Assembly (NCBI GenBank): GCA_944321165.1
Contig: CALUKE010000007.1
Location: 3,961 to 67,960 of the forward strand
Origin: an uncultured Odoribacter sp.
GTDB lineage: Bacteria > Bacteroidota > Bacteroidia > Bacteroidales > Marinifilaceae
Direction of reading: 5' to 3'
DNA length: 64,000 nt
In this document: positions 56,705 through 64,000 of the stretch, piece after piece
Layout of the letters: every line of letters starts with the position of its first letter
How positions within the stretch are numbered: position 1 is the first letter of the stretch
The notes under the pieces: model-generated
What the model saw: only the letters and a program-made list of their open reading frames with translations
Told to the model about the DNA's origin: nothing
Database searches by the model: none
Translations under genes and position numbers: made by a program

Positions 56705-57379
56705 ATGAAAAAAATTATCATTGTCGAGAAAAGAGCGGTAATCGCGAAAGAGATTCTGAAAGTCGTGAAAATAAGGGACTACAAGGTGGAAGTAGTGGAA
56801 ACCAATGCCGATGCTTTCCTGTATTATGATTCCGGTCAGACAAAAGCCATTGTGTTGGAGAATAATTATGACGGATTGTACCGGATTTTACGGCGGATTC
56901 GCTTGGAAGACCGGAAAACGGTCATTTTTGTGAAAGGACAGCCTATGGCGGATGAGGAGATTGAAATGGTTCTCGGTGAAGGGGCTGACAACTACATTAC
57001 TCATTTTACTTCCCGTGAGCTGAAAGCTTATTTACAGGCTTGGTTTCGTTATGTCGACTGGCAAGAAGAAAAAGAATATGTATTGAACGAGCGGGTACAT
57101 TTGGTCGTTGCCTCACAGCGGCTGTTTCTTCCCAGCGGGTCTCAGCTCTTGAGTGAATGTGAATTCCGGGTACTCGAACTTTTAGCCCGGAATAAAGGAA
57201 AAGTGGTTGCTTACGAGGAGTTGATCGGAATTTATTGGTTTGAATATAATGTCGATACGAAAACTTATTTATGTAAATGTGTGCGTCGGCTGCGTCATAT
57301 TTTGGGAGAAGATTCGGCTTTGACGATTACGAATGTATACAAGCGTGGGTATATGCTTGAAGACATAGATGTTTTTTAA
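56705..57379 (+). CDS. OmpR/PhoB-type winged-helix regulator with degenerate (pseudo-)receiver domain
   Basis: ATG 56705. The C-terminal Trans_reg_C pattern is present (LSECEFRVLELLARNKGKVV..EELI...W........TK.YL.KCVRRLRHIL.......ITNVYKRGYML). The N-terminal CheY-like fold is present but key residues are replaced (see findings). Confidence 0.75.
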   Translation: MKKIIIVEKRAVIAKEILKVVKIRDYKVEVVETNADAFLYYDSGQTKAIVLENNYDGLYRILRRIRLEDRKTVIFVKGQPMADEEIEMVLGEGADNYITHFTSRELKAYLQAWFRYVDWQEEKEYVLNERVHLVVASQRLFLPSGSQLLSECEFRVLELLARNKGKVVAYEELIGIYWFEYNVDTKTYLCKCVRRLRHILGEDSALTITNVYKRGYMLEDIDVF

Positions 57380-57410
57380 CAATAGGGCAATAGATTGTCA
57401 TCAGAATGCC
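57375..57410 (+). promoter_or_regulatory. Cluster-specific upstream motif, copy B (18-mer + GAATGCC)
   Basis: TTTAACAATAGGGCAATA (57375-57392; 16/18 identical to copy A), then GAATGCC after 11 nt (57404-57410). A -7-like CTACCTTG lies at 57445-57452. Confidence 0.45.
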
Positions 57411-57474
57411 ATTGGAACGTCAATACTTATCCGAAGGATTGTATCTACCTTGTGAAGGATAAAAACTGAATGGT

Positions 57475-57885
57475 ATGAATATGAATCTGAAACGGAAATG
57501 GCAGGCTTTTTCCTTACCTGAATTATTAGTCGTGTTAGTGATTATTGGCATTCTGGTGCTGATTGCTTTGCCTAATCTGATGCCGCTGATTTCCAAGGCC
57601 AAGAGTATGGAAGCGCAACAACAGCTGGTTTTCCTGCATACGCTGGAAAAAAGTTATTTCTATATCCGGTCGCGTTATTCCGCTTCGTTGGAAGAAGTCG
57701 GTTTCGAGCATGCCCGCTTGGTAACGGAAGGAGGAAATGCCAATTACCGCATTGAAATTGTATCGGCCGACGAACGGGGATTCCGGGCGACGGCCACGGC
57801 TGTCGTAGATTTTGACGGCGATGGTGTATACAATGTCTGGGAAATCGACCAAGACAAGGAGTTGAAGGAAATTACCAAAGACTGA
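57475..57885 (+). CDS. Major type IV pilin / GspG-like pseudopilin
   Basis: MNMNLKRKWQA/FSLPELLVVLVIIGILVLIALPNL is a classical prepilin cleavage/methylation domain with Glu+5. 136 aa. Confidence 0.85.
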   Translation: MNMNLKRKWQAFSLPELLVVLVIIGILVLIALPNLMPLISKAKSMEAQQQLVFLHTLEKSYFYIRSRYSASLEEVGFEHARLVTEGGNANYRIEIVSADERGFRATATAVVDFDGDGVYNVWEIDQDKELKEITKD

Positions 57886-57890
57886 CGGCG

Positions 57891-58346
57891 ATGGAAATGT
57901 TTTTATTGTGGCCTTTGTTGGTATTGATTCGGTCTGATTTTCGGGAACGGCAGGTCGAAGTTGCGACCCTTTTGGTTTTCGGCGGCATCCAATGGGGTAT
58001 CTGTCTGGTGGAGTCAGGAATAACGGTTTTTACAGAGAGGGTACTGGAAAATCTCTTGCTGTTGGCACTTTGGGGAATGGGTACAGGCATTTGGTTTCGA
58101 TGGCTGCGGTCCGGCAGGAAAAGTGTTTGTACAGGATGGATTGGAAAAGGAGACGTAGCTTTTCTAGTGTGTTTCCTACCGGTTTTTTCTTTGCGGGCCT
58201 TTCTGGTTTTTCTGTTGGTGTCATTCGGTATTTCGCTGATATATTGGCTGATATCAAGGAAAGGCTCATCCTTCACCATACCGTTAGTCAGTATGATGGG
58301 AATTTGTTATTTACCTGTTTTATTTTTTCGGATGTATGGATACTGA
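57891..58346 (+). CDS. Short A24-family prepilin peptidase (TadV/CpaA-like, no methyltransferase domain)
   Basis: 151 aa polytopic membrane protein. The two aspartate motifs are IRSDFRERQV and GKGDVAFL (the GxGDxK-like box). Confidence 0.65.
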   Translation: MEMFLLWPLLVLIRSDFRERQVEVATLLVFGGIQWGICLVESGITVFTERVLENLLLLALWGMGTGIWFRWLRSGRKSVCTGWIGKGDVAFLVCFLPVFSLRAFLVFLLVSFGISLIYWLISRKGSSFTIPLVSMMGICYLPVLFFRMYGY

Positions 58347-59709
58347 ATTATGTATTGTGACGGAGGTTCTGGATCGGCTTCCGGCGTCTGAAGCCTGGGA
58401 ATATCGGGTAGTACCCTGTGCTTTTCGTGACAAGGTATTGGTTTGTTATGGAGAAGAAGGCCGTGATTATACGCAGGTGATGGAGGAACTGGAAGTATTG
58501 ACTGGAAACGCTCTTGTTATCGAGCCGATAGCACCGGAAGAATTCCGCCGCTTAATTCATCGCTGTTATCGGAAAACCGGTAGAGAGTCAACGAAACAGA
58601 TCGCCATGGGACATTCCGGTTTTTTGTACGATTTGATCGAGGATGCTTATCGGAATTATGCCAGCGACATTCATTTCGAGCCCTACGAGCATATTTGTCG
58701 GGTGCGTTTTCGCATTGATGGGCAACTGATCGAACGGCATGTCGTTGAGAAAGGAAATTATGCATCGGTGGTCAATCAGATCAAGATTCTGGCGAATTTG
58801 GATATTTCCGAGAAACGTCTGCCGCAGGATGGCCGTATTTTTTATCACCATGGCGAGGCCCGTTTCGATGTGCGGGTTTCTGTGCTGCCGGTTATTCACG
58901 GAGAAAAGGTGGTGTTGCGGTTACTGACCCGTCATGCCGAATTGCTGGAATTGGGCAACTTGGGGTTCGATGCGCGCCAGTTGAGGGATTACCTGGGGGC
59001 AGTCCGTAAGCCGCATGGTTTGGTGCTGATATGCGGACCTACGGGTTCGGGGAAGAGTACTACTTTATATGCCACTCTTCGTTTATTGAATGAGATAACC
59101 CGGAATATTCTCACCATTGAAGATCCGGTGGAATATACTTTGGAAGGGGTGAATCAGGTGCAGTTGAGAGAAGATATCGGACTGACTTTTACGGCAGCTT
59201 TGCGGACATTTCTGCGACAGGATCCCGATATTGTCATGTTGGGAGAAATCCGGGATGCCGATACCGCACAGATGGCGATTCGCAGTGCCTTGACGGGACA
59301 TCTGATTCTTTCGACGATTCATACCAACAGTGCTTGGGGATGTGTGTCCCGGTTGACGGATATGGGGGTACATCCTTATCTGATTGCCGATACCCTGGTT
59401 TTGTGTGTAGCCCAGCGTTTGGTGCGTCTGTTGTGTCCGCATTGCAAAGTGCCCCGGGAGGACCGGCACGGTTTCCGGGCTGTGGGTTGTGAGGCATGCT
59501 ATGATACAGGATATGCCGGACGGAAAGCCATATATGAAGTCTTGCCTGTCGATGATCGGTTGGCTTCCGCTATCCGGAGAACGGAAGAGGTAACAGTCGA
59601 TCCGGAGCGTTTGGGAATCCGTACGTTGCGCTCATCGGCTCTCGAATTGGTGGAGCAGGGCTTGACCTCCTACGAAGAAGTGTTGCCTTTATTAAACGAA
59701 TGCTTATGA
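58336..59709 (+). CDS. GspE/PilB-family secretion ATPase
   Basis: 457 aa with a T2SSE_N-like N-terminus, Walker A GPTGSGKST, Walker B DPDIVMLGEIRD, His box LILSTIHTN, and a tetracysteine motif CPHC..(17)..CEAC. Confidence 0.9.
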   Translation: MDTELCIVTEVLDRLPASEAWEYRVVPCAFRDKVLVCYGEEGRDYTQVMEELEVLTGNALVIEPIAPEEFRRLIHRCYRKTGRESTKQIAMGHSGFLYDLIEDAYRNYASDIHFEPYEHICRVRFRIDGQLIERHVVEKGNYASVVNQIKILANLDISEKRLPQDGRIFYHHGEARFDVRVSVLPVIHGEKVVLRLLTRHAELLELGNLGFDARQLRDYLGAVRKPHGLVLICGPTGSGKSTTLYATLRLLNEITRNILTIEDPVEYTLEGVNQVQLREDIGLTFTAALRTFLRQDPDIVMLGEIRDADTAQMAIRSALTGHLILSTIHTNSAWGCVSRLTDMGVHPYLIADTLVLCVAQRLVRLLCPHCKVPREDRHGFRAVGCEACYDTGYAGRKAIYEVLPVDDRLASAIRRTEEVTVDPERLGIRTLRSSALELVEQGLTSYEEVLPLLNECL

Positions 59710-61592
59710 ATAGAAAAAAATGGCTCGCTGCATTGTTGCTTGTCTGGATGGCAACAATAACTCTCAATGCCCGCCCTCCTCAGGATTCATTGAGATTGGA
59801 AACGATCGGCCGAAGATTGGATTCGTTACTCTTGGTTGATCCTGCGTATGGGACGGAGATCGACCTTTCGGCGGGCAAATTGCCCTTGGAGGAATTGTTG
59901 CGGAATGTGGCCAGGGCCAATGGGGTGAATCTGTGTGTAAAAACCGGTAAACATCTGCTTGTGACCTGCCATTTTAAACGGGTTCGGGTGATAGATTTGC
60001 TTGCGTATCTCTGCCGGGAATATCAGTTGGAAATCGAGGTGGTCGGGAATATTGTTTCCGTATGCGATCCCCAACCTTTGCCTACGCCACCGCCGGTAAT
60101 TAAGGTCGGATACGACAGCCTGAGACGGGAATTGTCGTATGATTTGCAAGGGGAGGGGTTGGTGGATGTCGTGCGTGAGATTGTTCAACTTACCGGTGAA
60201 AAGATTGTCATTCCTCAAAATCTGTATGGTCGGCAGGTGTCCGGATTTATCAACGGGCTGCCGGTTCGTGAGGCGATAGAGGCATTGGCGGTGTCGAATG
60301 GTCTGGCGGTAGAACATCGGGATGGGAAATACTGGAATTTGTTGGCGGGAGAGGGGACGGCTTCGGACAGAACGGTTTCTTTCCAGCCCCGGCATTTTTT
60401 TACTGCCGACCAGGTTCGGGTGGACAGTACCGGTAAAGTTACCGTCTCGATTCAGCGCGGAAACATTCAGGATATTGTTACCGAAGTATGCAGGCTGGCG
60501 GATCTCGATCGGATGTTCCTGGCGCCGCTTAACCGGGAGGTCTCCTTGTATGTACGCAATGTCGATATTCCTTCGCTTTTCCATGTGTTGTTTGCGGGGA
60601 CTCCTTTCCTCTTTCAGGAAGTGAACGGCGTTTATCTTTTCGGAGCTCAGGATCAGCAGAAAACCTTGCGTACTACGGCTGTCATTCCCTTGCGCTACCG
60701 GACGGTGGAAAATGTACCCGATTTGATTCCTGAAGTCTTGAAAGCCGACATGCAAATCGGTGCTTTTGCCGAACAAAACAGTCTCATCGTATCGGGCAAT
60801 AGCCGGCAGATTGCTTCTCTCCGACAGTTTATTGAATCAATCGACCAGACGGTGCCACTGATTACCATTGAAGTCTTGATTGTCGATTCGAAGAAAAGCA
60901 GCCTTCGGGAAGCCGGAATAACGGCTGGTTTAGGAGAAAAACCGATAAAGACGACCGGAAGTTTCAGTCCCGGGGTGGATTTTTCCTTATCTGCGGCATC
61001 CATCAACCGCTTGATCAACAGTTTTAACGGTTTCGGCAGTATAAATCTGGGGAAAGTGACGCCTAATTTCTATTTCACGTTGAAGGCATTGGAAGAGGCT
61101 GGAACATTGGAATTGCGTTCTACTCCTAAATTGTCCACTCTGAACGGACATGAGGCGAGCTTGAAGAGTGGGGAAACCCGTTATTACAAAGAGGTGCAGA
61201 ATAACATCATGGGTACGCAGAATCCCATTCAGTCCGAATCTTATAGCTGGAAGAGTACGGAGGCCGATTTAAGTCTGAAAATCGTCCCTTATGTTAGTAG
61301 TGACGGGAAAATCACCCTGACGATCGAAATCGAACAGAGTGAGTTTACTGCCCGTGAAGAGAAAGACGCTCCTCCGGGGACGGCTACCCGCAGTTTTAAA
61401 TCCCGGATTCGGGTGGATAACGAGGATATGGTGCTGTTGGGCGGTATTGATCGCAATACCCGCGAGAAGGGGTCCAGCGGTTTGCCGCTGGTTGCCCGGA
61501 TTCCGCTGTTGAAATGGTTGTTCGGTGTGTCCACAGATAATAAGGTGGATGAAAAGTTGAGCATATTTATTAAACCGACAGTGATATTCTGA
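59700..61592 (+). CDS. Secretin (GspD/PilQ family outer-membrane channel)
   Basis: 630 aa with a signal peptide and N-domain repeats. The C-terminal secretin core has LRSTPKLSTLNG..A....G and ends ..SGLPLVARIPLLKWLFG....(n)..L.IFIKPTVI. Confidence 0.9.
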   Translation: MLMNRKKWLAALLLVWMATITLNARPPQDSLRLETIGRRLDSLLLVDPAYGTEIDLSAGKLPLEELLRNVARANGVNLCVKTGKHLLVTCHFKRVRVIDLLAYLCREYQLEIEVVGNIVSVCDPQPLPTPPPVIKVGYDSLRRELSYDLQGEGLVDVVREIVQLTGEKIVIPQNLYGRQVSGFINGLPVREAIEALAVSNGLAVEHRDGKYWNLLAGEGTASDRTVSFQPRHFFTADQVRVDSTGKVTVSIQRGNIQDIVTEVCRLADLDRMFLAPLNREVSLYVRNVDIPSLFHVLFAGTPFLFQEVNGVYLFGAQDQQKTLRTTAVIPLRYRTVENVPDLIPEVLKADMQIGAFAEQNSLIVSGNSRQIASLRQFIESIDQTVPLITIEVLIVDSKKSSLREAGITAGLGEKPIKTTGSFSPGVDFSLSAASINRLINSFNGFGSINLGKVTPNFYFTLKALEEAGTLELRSTPKLSTLNGHEASLKSGETRYYKEVQNNIMGTQNPIQSESYSWKSTEADLSLKIVPYVSSDGKITLTIEIEQSEFTAREEKDAPPGTATRSFKSRIRVDNEDMVLLGGIDRNTREKGSSGLPLVARIPLLKWLFGVSTDNKVDEKLSIFIKPTVIF

Positions 61593-62602
61593 TGAAACGG
61601 AGCAATGGATTTTTGGGGTTGTTGAACCGTTTTGCGGTGGTGGTAATCACTTTGAAAAAGGAGGCTGATCCGGATGTCGTGTTTTACCGGGGATGCTGGA
61701 AGAAAAGGAGGGTATGTCTGGAGCCGGTCGACGGTATACAGCCGGAGCGATGTCCAGTATTGGTGTTGTTTACCGGATATGGAGTGATTGTGAAAGATTG
61801 TACCGGGAAGATCGACTGGGCCGGAAGAGTGACGACGGGAGACGAATTTTTATGGGAATGGAAAGATGTGGGGGAAGAGCGTTTGTTGGTGTTTCTGCGT
61901 CGGGAAGGGGTTCGGCCGTGGTTGGAAAAATGGGAGGAAGAAGGATGGGCCGTGGCCGAAGTATCTCTGTCGGCGGTAGTCGATATTCCGGTTCTGGAAG
62001 CGTGGATTGAGCAAACCTACCGACATTGGCGGACATGGAGATATTGGCGAAAGGTCAGGAAAGAGCAGCAGGTGATTGCCACCCTTTTGTTGAAGCGCTT
62101 AAAGTGGCCCATACTTCTGTCGCTCCTGCTTTTGTCTGGTATCGGTTATCCCTTGCAAACAGCTTTACGACGGCAGGTTTTGCAACAGCAGGAGGAGTTG
62201 TCGTTATGGCAACGGAAGATACAACTGCGTCGGGATGAGGAGGAAAGGGCCGGAAGAATGTCGCGGATGCTGACCGGAAGTGGAAAATTGGCTCCGCTGT
62301 TCGATCGGATTGCTGCCGCAGTGCCTCGGGGGGTTACTCTTGTTCGCTTGGAGGCGAATCCTCCCGAACGGCGGGTAGAAACGGGTAAGCCTTTGGTTGT
62401 GAGGGATGGGTGTGTAATGGTGGAGGGTTATACCCGGGAACCGGCCGATGTGGCTATGTTTACGGAAAATCTGTCTGAGGCAGGCCGTTCATGGCGGGTG
62501 ATGCTCGAAGGATTGGATCGTAGGGTGGAAAAGGCGGATTTCACTTTCCGCATCAGTATTGTATGGCGAACAGATAAAGGACGGGAATATGAAGCAGAAT
62601 AA
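61592..62602 (+). CDS. Bitopic assembly-platform protein (GspL- or PilN-like)
   Basis: 336 aa: a ~175 aa cytoplasmic part, a TM (WPILLSLLLLSGIGYPL), a coiled-coil, then a ferredoxin-like end (PRGVTLVRLE...VMVEGYT....DVAMFTENL......V.L). The start overlaps the secretin stop (TGATG). Assigned from architecture only. Confidence 0.5.
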   Translation: MKRSNGFLGLLNRFAVVVITLKKEADPDVVFYRGCWKKRRVCLEPVDGIQPERCPVLVLFTGYGVIVKDCTGKIDWAGRVTTGDEFLWEWKDVGEERLLVFLRREGVRPWLEKWEEEGWAVAEVSLSAVVDIPVLEAWIEQTYRHWRTWRYWRKVRKEQQVIATLLLKRLKWPILLSLLLLSGIGYPLQTALRRQVLQQQEELSLWQRKIQLRRDEEERAGRMSRMLTGSGKLAPLFDRIAAAVPRGVTLVRLEANPPERRVETGKPLVVRDGCVMVEGYTREPADVAMFTENLSEAGRSWRVMLEGLDRRVEKADFTFRISIVWRTDKGREYEAE

Positions 62603-63089
62603 TTATCGGTATGGAAAAATCGGTCTGGCAGCCTTGCTGTTCGGATTGCCTTTCGTGCTTTGGTTTGGTGGTGGAAGACAGCTTGTTTCTTTGTGGCAAG
62701 CCAGCAAACGGAACGGGGCGGAGTTGCAGGAACTGCGGCAATGTCGTGATACGTTGGGCGATACGTTGGCCGTTTATCTGAAAAAGGGAGCCTGGTTGCG
62801 TGACGGTCGTTTGTTGGAACGGGTTCGACAATGGGGAGAAGTACGTGGAGTGACGGTGATCGGTTATACTCCCTGGCTGAGCGGTGAGGATCGGGGATGG
62901 AAACTTTACACGGCCGAACTCACCTTGGCAGGGGGATTTCTGCCGATGTTGGAGGTGTTGGATGCTTTGGAACGGGAAGGGGAAGGAATGAGGCCGGTGG
63001 CAGCCAGTTTCCGTTTGCATGCCGATGCCCGCAATCGGGAGAGACAATTACAATTGACTTTATGGATACAACAAATTACGGAAGAATGA
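62589..63089 (+). CDS. GspM/PilO-like assembly protein
   Basis: ATG 62589 (MKQNNYRYGKIGLAALLFGLPFVLWF), a single TM, a coiled-coil and an alpha/beta domain. 166 aa. Assigned from architecture and position only. Confidence 0.45.
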   Translation: MKQNNYRYGKIGLAALLFGLPFVLWFGGGRQLVSLWQASKRNGAELQELRQCRDTLGDTLAVYLKKGAWLRDGRLLERVRQWGEVRGVTVIGYTPWLSGEDRGWKLYTAELTLAGGFLPMLEVLDALEREGEGMRPVAASFRLHADARNRERQLQLTLWIQQITEE

Positions 63090-63475
63090 AAACAAAACGA
63101 ATGAAAACCTGGATACTGTTCTTAGCGGGAGCAGTGTCGTTTCTGTCGGGTTGTGACGATATTTTCGAGCCTGACCTGACGGGATCTTCGGTCAGGCTGA
63201 TTGCTCCCGGCGACAGTGTGACTACGAAGGTGGCGCGGCAATTGTTTCTGTGGGAAGCGTTGGACGGGGCGATGGCTTATCGTTTGCGGATAGCGACTCC
63301 GGATTTCCGCCGGCCCGAAGCCTGTCTGCTGGATACATTGGTGGCGGGGTGCCGCTATGAATATACTTTTCAGCCGGGGGTATACACTTGGGGTGTACGG
63401 GCCGAAAATTCAGTCTGGACAGGGGAATATGCCGTTCGCCTGTTGATTGTCTCACCTTTGGCTGAAGAACCATGA
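63086..63475 (+). CDS. Small lipoprotein (possible pilotin or accessory component)
   Basis: ATG 63086 overlaps the previous stop (ATGA). It has the lipobox AVSFLSGC and a ~110 aa beta-rich domain. Confidence 0.5.
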   Translation: MKTKRMKTWILFLAGAVSFLSGCDDIFEPDLTGSSVRLIAPGDSVTTKVARQLFLWEALDGAMAYRLRIATPDFRRPEACLLDTLVAGCRYEYTFQPGVYTWGVRAENSVWTGEYAVRLLIVSPLAEEP

Positions 63476-63939
63476 ACGGCTTGCAAAACCGGAAAACCGT
63501 CGCCGTGCTCCTTGTGTTGGCGACAGGACTTTGGGGAGGGATTCTCTGGCGGTTGGTACGTTATGCCGGTGAAGGGAAAGCGGTAGTCCCGGCATTTTCG
63601 CCGCCTTCACCGGTGGCTCCGGTAATAAAAGACACGTTACGCTTGAACTATCGTGATCCTTTCGTCGAAGTCCTGCCGGAGCCTGATCGTTCGGAGGTAA
63701 AGCCGGTACGGGTACTCGAGCCTGTGCGAACTTCTCCCATACCGGAAGAGCCTCCTTCTTTTCGTTTGTCCGGAATCATCCGAAAAGGAAAAAAAGATTT
63801 TCTGCTGTTCGAATACCCGGATGGGAGTGTACCGGTTTGGGAAAAAGGAACGGTAGACGGATATACGGTCGGAAAAATCTATACGGACTCTGTGGTGGTA
63901 CGTAAAGCCGGCCGGTGTTACACGCTTATGTTAAACTAA
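63472..63939 (+). CDS. PilP/GspC-like protein (TM, Pro-rich linker, small beta domain)
   Basis: N-terminal TM (VAVLLVLATGLWGGILW), a proline-rich linker, and a C-terminal FRLSGIIRKGKKDFLLFEY.DG....V.EKG.V.DGYTVGKI..DSVVV pattern like the PilP / GspC HR domain. Confidence 0.45.
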   Translation: MNGLQNRKTVAVLLVLATGLWGGILWRLVRYAGEGKAVVPAFSPPSPVAPVIKDTLRLNYRDPFVEVLPEPDRSEVKPVRVLEPVRTSPIPEEPPSFRLSGIIRKGKKDFLLFEYPDGSVPVWEKGTVDGYTVGKIYTDSVVVRKAGRCYTLMLN

Positions 63940-63950
63940 AATGTACGCTT

Positions 63951-64000
63951 ATGAAAAAAATGTGTTTTTTATGGCTCTTTATGGGCTTTGTGATGATGGC
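63951..64000 (+). CDS. Start of a further gene (signal-peptide-like N-terminus), truncated by the window end
   Basis: ATG 63951 gives MKKMCFLWLFMGFVMM.., 12 nt after the previous stop. It probably continues the operon. Confidence 0.3.
   Translation, partial: MKKMCFLWLFMGFVMM

Overview
The window looks like a Bacteroidota (Bacteroidales-like) chromosomal segment. Supporting signs are TTTG-N19-TAnnTTTG promoters, grpE-dnaJ without dnaK, a long two-domain NagB, an S46 dipeptidyl-peptidase, TonB receptors with CarboxypepD_reg N-termini, ECF-sigma/DUF4252 modules and BlaR1-TonB fusions. I see about 60 protein genes and three tRNAs (tandem identical tRNA-Glu-UUC, and tRNA-Leu-CAA). I found no rRNA, CRISPR array, transposase or integrase. 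Most of 0-53 kb is housekeeping: hydE, rsmI, rpsT, radC, grpE, dnaJ, oxyR, gmhA, ppa, comM, lpxH, nagB, rlmN, ilvE, mtnA, waaA and metK. Interspersed are accessory modules: a Cys-rich ORF + TonB receptor + HMA protein; BlaI/BlaR1-TonB/TlpA; ECF sigma/anti-sigma/DUF4252; an RND efflux operon; GH2; GH20 + TonB receptor; and a truncated MATE gene. Three things stand out. (1) From 53.35 kb to the window end there is a tightly packed type IV filament / T2SS-like cluster. It encodes a secretin, a GspE-type ATPase, a GspF platform protein, a short A24 prepilin peptidase, one major and two minor pilins with an unusual LPE signal, a GspK/PilX-like protein and L/M/C-like (PilN/O/P-like) assembly proteins. 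It also contains an embedded OmpR-type regulator with a degenerate receiver, and a shared upstream motif precedes its two operons. (2) At 38.3-39.3 kb sits a monocistronic TIR-MORN protein insulated by terminators. (3) The metK leader carries a SAM-II-like riboswitch candidate. All calls come from reading the sequence and ORF track and from remembered family motifs. No searches were run.
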